A DNA stretch of 63,679 bases, filler included, from Octopus bimaculoides (lineage: Eukaryota): NCBI RefSeq assembly GCF_001194135.2. It is 5 parts of 5 records of this genome, joined end to end, with 100 filler letters (N's around TTAATTAATTAA, not from the genome) between each part and the next. Parts side by side here need not be neighbours in the genome. Positions count along the whole stretch, not along the records: positions 30,351 to 52,856 come from NC_068986.1; positions 52,957 to 61,656 come from NC_069007.1; 3 more parts are not named here. One strand, 5' to 3'. The stretch's first letter is position 1, and the number at the start of each line of letters is the position of its first letter. Below the pieces are notes generated by a model that ran no database searches, was not told where the DNA came from, and was given only the letters and a program-made list of their open reading frames with translations. The position numbers and the translations under genes are program-made. Below are positions 51,413 to 61,756 of the stretch, in pieces.

Positions 51413-51560
51413 TGACAGGCTTCTTCTCAGTTTCCAACTATCAAATTCACTGTCAAGGCATTGGTTGGCGAGAGGCTACTGTAGGAGATACTTGCTCAAA
51501 AATGACGCTTGTTGGGACTGAACTCGAAACTCCCTGCTTGCAAAGCGAGCTTCTTCGCCA
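51413..51560 (-). mobile_element. SINE-1 5' part, degenerate
   Basis: ggcttcttctcagtttcc...gggactgaactcgaaac. Confidence 0.7.
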
Positions 51561-51813
51561 GGCATTCAATTTCTTTATATTTTTGTCTTTTGAGTTTTTT
51601 TTTTTCTTCCAAGTCTTACATCGTCTGTCCATTCCTTTTTAATATATAATCCAATATACTGAGATTCTGCGGTTTCTTCAGCTTCACTTTAAATAATTCA
51701 TGAAGCCTATCTATAGCAGTATGGTCGCTATCTTATAGGACAATGGCATTTACAACACTAATGTGTATTCAGAAAAAAGATCTATGGCTTTACGAATGTA
51801 GTGAACCCATAGG

Positions 51814-51955
51814 TGAATATCCCCGAGAACTATGTTAAGGGTACACGTGTCTGTGGAGTGCTCAGCCACATGCACGTTAATTTCACGAGCAGGCTGTTCC
51901 GTTGATCGGATCAACTGGAACCCTCGACGTCGTTAGCGACGGAGGGCCAACAAAC
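51814..51955 (+). mobile_element. Isolated SINE tail type 2 (5'-truncated)
   Basis: Near-identical to the tails at 33400-33536 and 40620-40750. Confidence 0.88.
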
Positions 51956-52646
51956 AGCCACAAAAAGTACTACTATGAGAAGTTTAAACTTTCATCTATC
52001 CATCTTTTATACGCCAGCAAATATGTTCTGTGGTTTTTGTTCATTAGTAAGATGCAGTTTGGAAGAATGGTTTGGGTTTCTGTTCCTATTATTTGCCGTT
52101 TCTCATATCACACATTAAACACATTTTTGCACCCTAAGTACTTGTTCTCGATGTGAATGGAATTAAAAATAGAAGGAGAGTAATAGCTTCTAGCTTTTGT
52201 TGATTAAATTGTAACCGAACGACTGAAGCAGTTGTCATCATTGTTGTTCAGCACCAGTTCAGCTTTAATTAAACAGATTTGCTATGAAAGAGATGTTCCA
52301 GCCATGACCAGAGACATACGAAGAAGGGAGCGAGGGGACGAGACAGTCTTCTCCAAGTCATCATGTGAACGAGTGTAAATTGTAAATTTTTCTGTCTTGT
52401 AATGTCTCTTAATTAAGGCGGGAGCGCCAAGAAGGTATTTTCCTAATGGCGCCGAGGGCCCATGCTAGGCTACTGGTCTTGACTATCCTCCCCGATCCCC
52501 CATTTACATAAAGATGCAGGCATCGCCGAGTGGTTAACAAACTTGTTTAGCGACCACATAATTTCGAGTTCGGTCCCACTTCGTAGCACCTTGGGCAAGT
52601 GTGTTTTAGTGGACGTGAACTGTGAGGGAGACCGCTGTATATATAT

Positions 52647-52815
52647 AGGCGCATGTGTGGCTGTGTGGTAAGTAGCCTGCTTACCAACCACATTGTTCCG
52701 GGTTCAGTCCCACTGCGTGGCACCTTGGGCAAGAGTCTTCTACTATAATCTCGGGTCGACCAAAGCCTTGTGAGTGGATTTGGCAGATGGAAACTGAAAA
52801 AAGCCCATCGTGTAT
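52647..52815 (+). mobile_element. SINE-1 5' half (older head remnant at 52510-52620)
   Basis: tggctgtgtggtaag...gggttcagtcccactgcgtggcaccttgggcaag. Confidence 0.9.
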
Positions 52816-53002
52816 ATATATGTATATATATGTGTGTGTGTGTGTGTGGAGATCGGNNNNNNNNNNNNNNNNNNNNNNNNNNNNNNNNNNNNNNNNNNNN
52901 TTAATTAATTAANNNNNNNNNNNNNNNNNNNNNNNNNNNNNNNNNNNNNNNNNNNNTGTATCGTCTATCTGGATGTTTTGCGTTCTTGTCCCATTCTGTA
53001 TG

Positions 53003-53038
<36 letters not shown>

Positions 53039-53120
53039 GAAATTATTGCTCTGCTTTACGAGTTTTCGTTTTACGAGCGGTCTCCGGGAACAAATTAAAT
53101 CGTATATCAGGGCATTATTG

Positions 53121-53310
53121 TATTTGGTTGGTGCATAATTATTGCGGCTTTTTTTTTCAATAAATTTTATTCAACAAAACATTTAAACAAAACGCCAAGC
53201 AGAAATTGAAGTAGATGGTGAATATGCTCCGGAATATTCATTTAAAGATGTTTTTGTTGAATACAATTTATTGAAAAAAAAAGCCGCAATAATTATGCAC
53301 CAACCTAATA
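53121..53310. mobile_element. 190-bp mariner MITE with MADE1/Hsmar1-like TIRs
   Basis: ~65-bp near-perfect TIRs beginning TATT(A/T)GGTTGGTGCATAATTATTGCGGC. Confidence 0.9.
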
Positions 53311-53384
53311 TATATATTTAGGTATATATACGTGTACGCACGCACGCACTCACATATACGTGCACATACTCATTTATATCTTAT

Positions 53385-53550
53385 AGGTTACATGTTTCAG
53401 TCATTTGACTGCGGTCATGCTGGGGTATCGCCTCAAAGAAGTTTAGTCGAACAAATCGACACCAGAACTTATCTTTCTTCTGGTACTTATTTCAATCGGT
53501 CTCTTTTGTCGAGCTGCTAAGTTACCGGGGCGTAAACACACCAACACAAA
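53385..53550 (-). mobile_element. SINE-1 3' half
   Basis: gtttcagtcatttgactgcggtcatgctgg...cgtaaacacaccaacac. Confidence 0.8.
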
Positions 53551-53563
53551 GACATACACACAT

Positions 53564-53768
53564 AGGTAGATTTAGCTTAATGATTAGGGTGTGCGACTCA
53601 TGATCGCAAGATTGTGGTTTCGATTCGTGTAATGTGTTTTTGAGCAAAATGATTTACTACGCGTTGCTCCACTTCACTCAACTGGCAAAGATGTGTAGTA
53701 ATCCTGCAACGAATCGGCAAACTGAGAAACCGGCCCTTATGAACATAGCATGGCTCGAGAAGGAAACA
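53564..53768 (+). mobile_element. SINE-2a, diverged, deleted tail 3
   Basis: gattagggtgtgcgactcatgatcg...gaaaccggcccttatg...gcatggctcgagaagg. Confidence 0.75.
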
Positions 53769-54589
53769 TGTGTAGCAAACTCATAAGAGGTGGAGAGAGA
53801 ACGTAGGTTCGTTTGCCCGAACATGAGAAATTGTTGATTTCTCATTGGTTAAAAATTACTGCCCATATACGAATTCTAAACTTCGTTGAAGAGGTCTTTC
53901 ACGAGGTACGGTTCCAGGATTCGTATATGAGCAGTTATAAAAACCCTGATTTTTGGGAAACTCTCCAGTGATCGTTGGGTTGTAACTCAAATCCACGACA
54001 CTCACTCAAGTGATCGTTGGACTGACACTCACCCTAATATTTATGCCATGTTCAATACTCAAATCCGACAATATTGAATTGTTGTGAACTCTTATAGCTA
54101 GAATGAAAGATTAGTTAGTATAAAATTTAAGTCGTAATTCTCTACGACGAAATGACTGTTCTATAAATGCCAAAATGTACATAATAAATTAATGTAGAAA
54201 TTTAATTCCTTTTACTTCTCGTCTCTTTCAACTTGTTGAATTTATTTCTGTATATTAATGATACTGTATTTTTTTATGTGTAACGGTCAAAAGAATATGA
54301 ATCTATATCTTCAACATACATGTACGCATTGAACGCACGTTCAGCGTCTTGGTATGTATACATCATGACATTTACGTAGCCTAAACTAAGAGTTATGCCT
54401 AGTGATAAATACTTATAATTAAGTTATAAGTAACGAGATTATCATTATAGCTTTTAATTAAGAAACAATAATATTTGTTATAACTTACGACCGAAAACAT
54501 TGTAAATAAAGATATAGTATTCACACTCTTCGAGCTACACACACACAAAATGGAAACTGGTGACCCCGATGTGATGTCGTAGATAAACC

Positions 54590-55454
54590 ACCACGAGTGT
54601 GGGACCATGTCATATGCTTTCCTGTAGTCCATCCATGCCATCGCCAAATTTTTGTCTCTTCTTGCAGTCAGCCAGGATAGTCTTATCGATTAGTAATTGA
54701 TCCTTCGTTCCTCTGCTCTTACGTCTACACCCCTTTTGTTCCACTGGTAGTAGGTCGTTCTCATCTAGGAACTTATAGATGCTGTTCGATATGATGGCCG
54801 TCATCAATTTCAACATCAGTGGCAAACAAGATATTGATCGGAAATTTCCAACCGCATTCCCTTTACTTGGGTCCTTCTGGCATAGTACCGTTCTTCCTAT
54901 TGTACCAGGCCGGTACTTGGACGTCATTACTCAGTATTTCGTCCAACTGTCTCGCAATTCTCCTGTGTAGAGCTGTCAAGTTTTTAAGCCAAAAGCCCTG
55001 CCTGAACCCCATCTGTGCCAGGCGCTTTCCAGTTCTCTAATCATCTCCTCGGCTATTCTCAGATCCTTCTGCTGATAGTCTCCACTCACCTCTTTGAGTG
55101 TCTTTAACCACCCTGCTTCAGTTTCGTGTTGTTTCTCCAGAGACCATATTGTTTTCCCAGAATCTTTTGCTTTCTTCCGCATCCGGCACGGCTTTTCCAC
55201 CTTTTTCTTTCCCATCCAATTCCTGACTCGTTTATGATTTTGTTCGTTAAGTCTGTTTAATCTGTATTGCTCAATTCTCTGTTCATATCTCTTTAGGTTT
55301 TGTGCTTTAGCTTTCTGCCTCTGTTTTAATTCCTCAATCACAACGTTGATTCCCTTTCTCTTCACCCTATACTTCACTTCTAGCTCAACATATTTCTCTC
55401 GCGGAGTTTCATTACTTTTTTTCCTGTTCCAGAATATTAATATGTTTTCTGGTA

Positions 55455-55458
<4 letters not shown>
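54590..55458 (-). mobile_element. R4/Dong-like fragment (linker plus RT N-terminal half)
   Basis: EELKQR..AK...KRYEQR; [13 protein letters not shown]...FRSISCLP; [19 protein letters not shown]; [15 protein letters not shown]; preceded by (AAT)n on its own strand. Confidence 0.92.
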
Positions 55459-55495
<37 letters not shown>

Positions 55496-55650
55496 GAGTG
55501 AGAGAGCAGAGCATGCTAGCAAAGTGACACCAGGGTAAAATATACGAAGCCCATTATACCCATCATGACTACCCGTCTGATAAGGGTACACCAGGCACGT
55601 GCATCACAACCATATGTGGACGACATGACGATCTCATATCAAGATAAACA
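55496..55650 (-). mobile_element. AAT-tailed ~560-bp element, 5'-truncated
   Basis: Reverse complement matches the last ~155 nt of 57154-57709. Confidence 0.88.
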
Positions 55651-56212
55651 TCATCATCATCATCATCATCATCGTCATTATTATTATTGGTTGATATCTT
55701 CATATATTTTAATGAAGCAATTTTGCGAGATTTGTTTTGCAATGCTGTGACTTTCTTATCAATATAATTGTTTGTCATTTTGCTAACGTCATTATCCTTC
55801 TTCTCTACTTCTCCTCTCCCTCCTTTCAACCTCCACCTTCTCCACGACGACGACGACGATGGTCACCACCACCACCACCACCACCACAACCACCACCACC
55901 ACGACCACCAACCACCACCACGACCACCAACCACGACCACCAACCACCACCACNNNNNNNNNNNNNNNNNNNNNNNNNNNNNNNNNNNNNNNNNNNNNNN
56001 NNNNNNNNNNNNNNNNNNNNNNNNNNNNNNNNNNNNNNNNNNNNNNNNNNNNNNNNNNNNNNNNNNNNNNNNNNNNNNNNNNNAGGGATTTCAGATTTTT
56101 TTGCTACAAGGGTAGCTGGAGGAGGGGGTTAAGTTGAGTACATGATGCAGTAGAAATTTGCCTGAAACAACCAAATGTTGGACAACAACAGCCACAACAA
56201 CAACAACAATAA

Positions 56213-56425
56213 TTTCAGATTTTTTGCCACAAGGTCACTTTGGAGGAGGTCGAAATGAGTCGTTTACATCGACCCCAGTGTTCAATCGGTACTTATTTTA
56301 TCGATTCCGCAAGGATGAAAGGCAAAGTCGACCTCGGCAGAATTTGAACTCAAAACGTTAAGACGGACGAAATGCCGCTAAGCATTTCGCCCTTAATGCT
56401 AACGATTCTGCCAGCTCGCCGCCTT
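56213..56425 (-). mobile_element. SINE-3, tail C
   Basis: Complete head-to-tail match. Confidence 0.9.
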
Positions 56426-56464
56426 AATAATAATGATAATAATAATAATAATAATAATGATAAT

Positions 56465-57091
56465 GTGTCCCACTTAGTAAGTGGAACAGAGAGCCTTGCA
56501 CAATAAGAATACAAGCAACGCCACGATAAAGTGTGTGTGTATCTTCATTGGCTCTTATGCCGTAAATACCAATATGAAGTAACAGAGAACTGGTATGAGT
56601 ATGTTCCAAGTAAAGTTATGCAGGAGGATGGAAAAGTAATGATACTCTGGGACTATGATTTTCAGACGGATCGTGTAATCGAAATCCGTCGGTCAGATAT
56701 TGTCATACTGAATAAGAGAGACAAATACAGTTAGATCATTGATGTAGCTATACCAAATAACATGAATGTTGTGAGTAAAGAGGTTGAAAAAAAAAATCAC
56801 TAAGTACTCCGAAATGAAAGTGGAAATGGCAAGACTGTATGGAATACGAGAGGGTAATGTAAAAGCGATACCAGTGGTGATCGGAGCGTTGGGTTAAATC
56901 CCATTGAAACTTCAAAAATTTTTATGGCAACTGGAAATTCTATGCAAGATTGATGTCTTGCAAAAAATGCAGGCTTATTGGGTACAGCACACATCTTTAG
57001 GAAAATATTATCTGTCTCAGGTCCTTGTTGGGATTTGACTGATGACTAAAGACTACGGTGTATTTTTACCTACACTGTGTTACGAAGGAAA
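56465..57091 (+). mobile_element. R4/Dong-like 3' fragment (RHD, RLE, 3'UTR)
   Basis: VSHLVSG...YKQRHDKVCVYLHWLLC...ILWDYDFQTDRVIEIRRSDIV...IIDVAIP; (AAT)n on both sides. Confidence 0.9.
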
Positions 57092-57153
<62 letters not shown>

Positions 57154-57155
<2 letters not shown>

Positions 57156-57709
57156 GCCCGGATGCATTACCAGGCAGTGGCTCTCATGGCTTCTGATCTT
57201 AATTGATTGGAAGTGTTATCATGTACATTGTTTTGTCTTGGTATAAAAGATGGGTTACAGCAAATATTCTGCTTAATACCACAGATTTGCTTGTCAGTTG
57301 TTTGACCTCAACCAGTTGAGCATGTCCCTTGGTGGCTGACGATATGTGCATCTCTGATCACGAGCAGAAGTAGTGGGGAAGCATCATAGCCATGTGTTGA
57401 GAGGAATTCTTTGGGGTTTGGATAATTCACCTCTGAAAACATGGGTGTTTTGCTCAACGTCTTTAAACAAACCTTATCCAGGTACCTTTTGAGCGGGATG
57501 GGCTACTCGACCTGAAGAAAATTCTAACTGGGCCCCACCTGCGAGGTCATGTGCTGTTAATCTTGATATTAGATCACTATGTCGCGCACATATGGTTGTG
57601 ACTAATGTGCCTGGTGTACCCTTATCAGACGGGTAGTCTTGATGGGTATAATGGGCTTTGTATATTTTACCCCAGTGTCACTTCGATGGCATGCCCTGCT
57701 CTCGCACTC
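57154..57709 (+). mobile_element. AAT-tailed ~560-bp non-coding element, full-length
   Basis: (AAT)n on both sides; four copies in the window share the 3' end. Confidence 0.88.
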
Positions 57710-57773
<64 letters not shown>

Positions 57774-58259
57774 TTTATTACTACTTTAAACGATATATAT
57801 AAATTATACTTATTAAAGTTTAATATCAGCACCGCATAAATATATCGCTAACACAATGCCCTAATGTATGTCACCCAACTACATTTACATAAAAGAACAA
57901 GTATAAACGGCATTCCTTAGGTTTAATAAGTAGATGCATGTTTACGCACAGATTAAAAAATATCGAGCAGGAATGCATTTTAAATAGCTGAATCATGTAA
58001 TTTGATATTAGAAACTCATCCTATGCTATTGAAAATAAAATGCAATGAAATACCGATGATAGTAATCTGAGATTAAGTTGAAAGTAGGACAGGATTTCTA
58101 GCCTCTCTGGGCCCTCAGGTGTTATGATCATCCTAGAAATTCCTCTACTCCCGTCCTCTTGACGATAAGGACAATACGCAAATATATTCGAAATATCTAA
58201 CAAAGAGAATGGATACCGGATCAATCGATAGCTAATACCAGATAAAAGGATTGAGTCCC

Positions 58260-59040
58260 TCAGAGACAAACCTGTCTGGGAGTCGAAAAGTATACTGATT
58301 ATTTGATCCCTTCCCAAAACAGAGGTACGAAGGTTTTCATTAACAAAATAACTGCATGCATTAGCCATTCGTGCACACCATCTTCGTCTAGAACTGTTAA
58401 AACAGGACAAAAGTGGACTAGAGAAGACGTTCTAGGGGTCTGTTATACTGTAATGTATTTTTTAACAGGTAGATTTGTTCTTGTTAGCACTCCATCGGTT
58501 ACGGCCACGAAGGTTCCAGTTGATCCGATCAACGGAACAGCCTGCTCGTGAAATTAACGTGCAAGTGGCTGAGCACTCCACAGACACGTGTACCCTTAAC
58601 GTAGTTCTCGGGGATATTCAGCGTGACACAGTGTGACAAGGCTGACCCTTTTGAATTACAGGCACAACAGAAACAGGAAGTAAGAGTGAGAGAAAGTTGT
58701 GGTGAAAGAGTACAGCAGGGTTCGCCACCATTCCCTGGCGGGGCCTCGTGGAGCTTTTAGGTGTTTTCGCTCAATAAACACTCACAACTCCCGGTCTGGG
58801 AATCGAAACCGCGATCCTATGACCGCGAGTCCGCTGCCCTAACCACTGGGCCATTGCGCCTCCACAACAGGTAGATTAAATACAGAACAAACATGCGTAA
58901 ATGGGAGGAAGAAAAACTCTATCAAAAGATCAAACATTGGTAGTAAGGATTTAGTTAATGTTTGCAGAAACATCATAAAGAAAAAGGCTGTCGACTGACC
59001 TGGACATCCAATAGATTCAGTTATATGCTCAGACCAATAA
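58260..59040 (+). mobile_element. Decayed R4/Dong N-terminal region split by a SINE
   Basis: KWTREDVLGVCYTVMYF|LNTEQ...DLVNVCRNIIKKK aligns with element F KWSQRDN..AMYF..SNTEQ...LVYVRRNVMKKK. Confidence 0.6.
58476..58865 (-). mobile_element. SINE-2b, full-length, tail 2, 12-bp TSD
   Basis: Head GGAGGCGCAATGGCCCAGTGG...GTTTCGATTCC; TSD aacaggtagatt at 58464-58475 and 58866-58877. Confidence 0.95.
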
Positions 59041-59113
59041 TAATACAAATAAGGATGCAAATAACGATTTAAAAATCCCTTTATTGTGAAAATAGAACCT
59101 AGTACGACAGATA

Positions 59114-59445
59114 GTGGAGGCACATGGCCTAGTGGTCAGAGCAGCGGACTCGCGGTCGAGGGATCGCAAGTTCGAATCTCAGACCGGGTGATGTGTATAT
59201 TTATGAGAGAAATACCTAAGCTTCACGCGGCTCCGGTAGAAGGTAATGGCGAAATTCTGCTGACTCTTTCGCCACAACTTTCTCTCACTCTTTCCTCGTG
59301 CACCAAGCAGCTCACCTACGACGGGCCGGTGTCCCGTCCAGGTGGGGAACCTATACGCCAATGAAACCGGGAAACCGGCCCTTATGAGCCAAGCATGGCT
59401 CGGGAAAGAACAAATGACTGAAACAAGTAAAAGAAAAGAATAATA
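59114..59445 (+). mobile_element. SINE-2b with tail 3, ending in a SINE-1 terminus
   Basis: Head and body as 58865; tail gacgggccggtgtcccgtccag...gaaaccggccct; then aaatgactgaaacaagtaaaaga. Confidence 0.85.
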
Positions 59446-59447
59446 GA

Positions 59448-59481
<34 letters not shown>

Positions 59482-60118
59482 NNNNNNNNNNNNNNNNNNN
59501 NNNNNNNNNNNNNNNNNNNNNNNNNNNNNNNNNNNNNNNNNNNNNNNNNNNNNNNNNNNNNNNNNNNNNNNNNNNNNNNNNNNNNNNNNNNNNNNNNNNN
59601 NNNNNNNNNNNNNNNNNNNNNNNNNNNNNNNNNNNNNNNNNNNNNNNNNNNNNNNNNNNNNNNNNNNNNNNNNNNNNNNNNNNNNNNNNNNNNNNNNNNN
59701 NNNNNNNNNNNNNNNNNNNNNNNNNNNNNNNNNNNNNNNNNNNNNNNNNNNNNNNNNNNNNNNNNNNNNNNNNNNNNNNNNNNNNNNNNNNNNNNNNNNN
59801 NNNNNNNNNNNNNNNNNNNNNNNNNNNNNNNNNNNNNNNNNNNNNNNNNNNNNNNNNNNNNNNNNNNNNNNNNNNNNNNNNNNNNNNNNNNNNNNNNNNN
59901 NNNNNNNNNNNNNNNNNNNNNNNNNNNNNNNNNNNNNNNNNNNNNNNNNNNNNNNNNNNNNNNNNNNNNNNNNNNNNNNNNNNNNNNNNNNNNNNNNNNN
60001 NNNNNNNNNNNNNNNNNNNNNNNNNNNNNNNNNNNNNNNNNNNNNNNNNNNNNNNNNNNNNNNNNNNNNNNNNNNNNNNNNNATATATATATATATAAAG
60101 GGAAATTTTTGTCTTCAG

Positions 60119-60238
60119 TACGATCGGTCTTGTACAGCACACAAGATCCTTCTCGATGGCTACAAGGAGGGCCACGTGGGTTGTGATCTTCACGATGGTG
60201 TCCGTCTATAGTCTCGTTATTATCATCATACTTTATCA
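60119..60238 (+). CDS. Candidate host coding exon with signal-anchor/TM segment (...MATRRATWVVIFTMVSVYSLVIIIILY)
   Basis: ttttgtcttcag| acceptor, ca|gtgagt donor, open frame in phase 2; basic RR followed by ~20 hydrophobic residues. Confidence 0.6.
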
Positions 60239-60509
60239 GTGAGTGCTCTGTTTGTCATGTGATTGATATCAATATCAAGGTTGATATTTAGTACACGGCG
60301 CTATCTCCTCATACCCTCCTATCTTTTGTGTAACACAAATAGCAACCAATAAGATACAAGCAAACCAATGAATGGTGGATACATCGTTGTATTCAGGTAC
60401 GTTCCTTCACTCGTTCCGAGTTCAGTTGCTGGCGAGAAAAATTTTGTCTTATTCTTCCAGGTATCTGTTAGGTACTGGGGATATTGTAATCGAATTACTC
60501 GTCCCCTCA

Positions 60510-60921
60510 AAAATACTGGTCTTTTGCCTGTCGCTACGTTCTGAGTTCAAATTCCGCCGAGGTCAACCTTGCCTTTCATCCTTTCGATAAATTAAGTACC
60601 AGTGAAACACTGGGGTCGATGTAATCGACTTATCCCTTTCGCAAAATGTCAGGCCTTATGCCTATAGTAGAAAGGATTGTTATAAGGCGGCGAGCTGGCA
60701 GAAACGTTAGCACCCCGGGCGAAATGCTTAGCGGTATTTCGTCTGCCGTTACGTTCTGAGTTCAAATTCCGCCGAGGTCGACTTTGCCTTTCATCCTTTC
60801 GGGGTCGATTAAATCAAGTACCAGTTACGCATTGGGGTCGATGTAAGGGACTTAATCCGTCTGTCTGTCCTTGTTTGTACCCTCTGTGTTTAGCCCCTTG
60901 AGGGCAATAAAGAAATAAGAA
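60510..60921 (+). mobile_element. Two tandem SINE-3 copies (tail B then tail A)
   Basis: 60510-60678 and 60684-60921. Confidence 0.9.
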
Positions 60922-60927
60922 GGAGTC

Positions 60928-61300
60928 GTGAAGATTAACCTACCGATCTTCTTTAACCGGGAGGGCAAAGCAATTTTCCTATGTCTAGTGGCTGTAGAGA
61001 AAGAGGTGGTATGGTGAACCCGTTTGAAAGGGCTAAAGTCAGACACTTTCCTCTTTGGCCAATGCCTCATCAACTTTTTCAAGTTCCACTTGAAAAGGAA
61101 GATGAGAGTAGAGAGGGAAGTGCTGTCTCATGGCAAATTTGTTGAAAGATGGGTGACTGTTGGAAGAATGGCCAGTATGAACGGATCAATTCTGAGGATA
61201 CACCTGTAAAAAAAAGCTAATATAAAAGAAGAAAGGGCTCTATACCCCTTTCCTATTTTCTGACCAGGGCTCCCGTGGCTTTTATAGGTTTTTCCACGTG
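60928..61300 (+). mobile_element. Tx1/L1-like LINE 3' end
   Basis: FNREGKAIFLCLVAVEKEVVW*TRLKG...FFKFHLKRKMRVERE...ERW, stop at 61209; paralog of 491-900. Confidence 0.65.
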
Positions 61301-61756
61301 TAAATTTTTTTACTTAAGATATTGCAGCTAAGGATAAAATTTGAATATTAAAAATTATTTGATTTTTATTTACAAAGTAACATAATAATTAAAAAAGTTA
61401 CCAACATTTTGTTAAAATATTGGCACTCTAAAATACTTAAAAAAATGAGAGCTATAGCTTAAAGTTTTATGCAAAGTAGAATAGTATATATGGTAGGCAA
61501 ATTCATTATGTAAAGAATAGGCATTGGGTCAAAACTAAAAATGTGAAGACTTGGCAATAACTTAGGCCATAACTCAAGCAAATTTTACTGCGAACTTGTT
61601 GTTTCAGGTAGATTTTACTGTAATATATAACTAATTTTTGTATTATTCTATTTATTNNNNNNNNNNNNNNNNNNNNNNNNNNNNNNNNNNNNNNNNNNNN
61701 TTAATTAATTAANNNNNNNNNNNNNNNNNNNNNNNNNNNNNNNNNNNNNNNNNNNN

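Noticed and set aside
58800-58865. tRNA-like heads as real tRNA genes
   Set aside because: They have A/B boxes but no complete cloverleaf, and continue into SINE bodies
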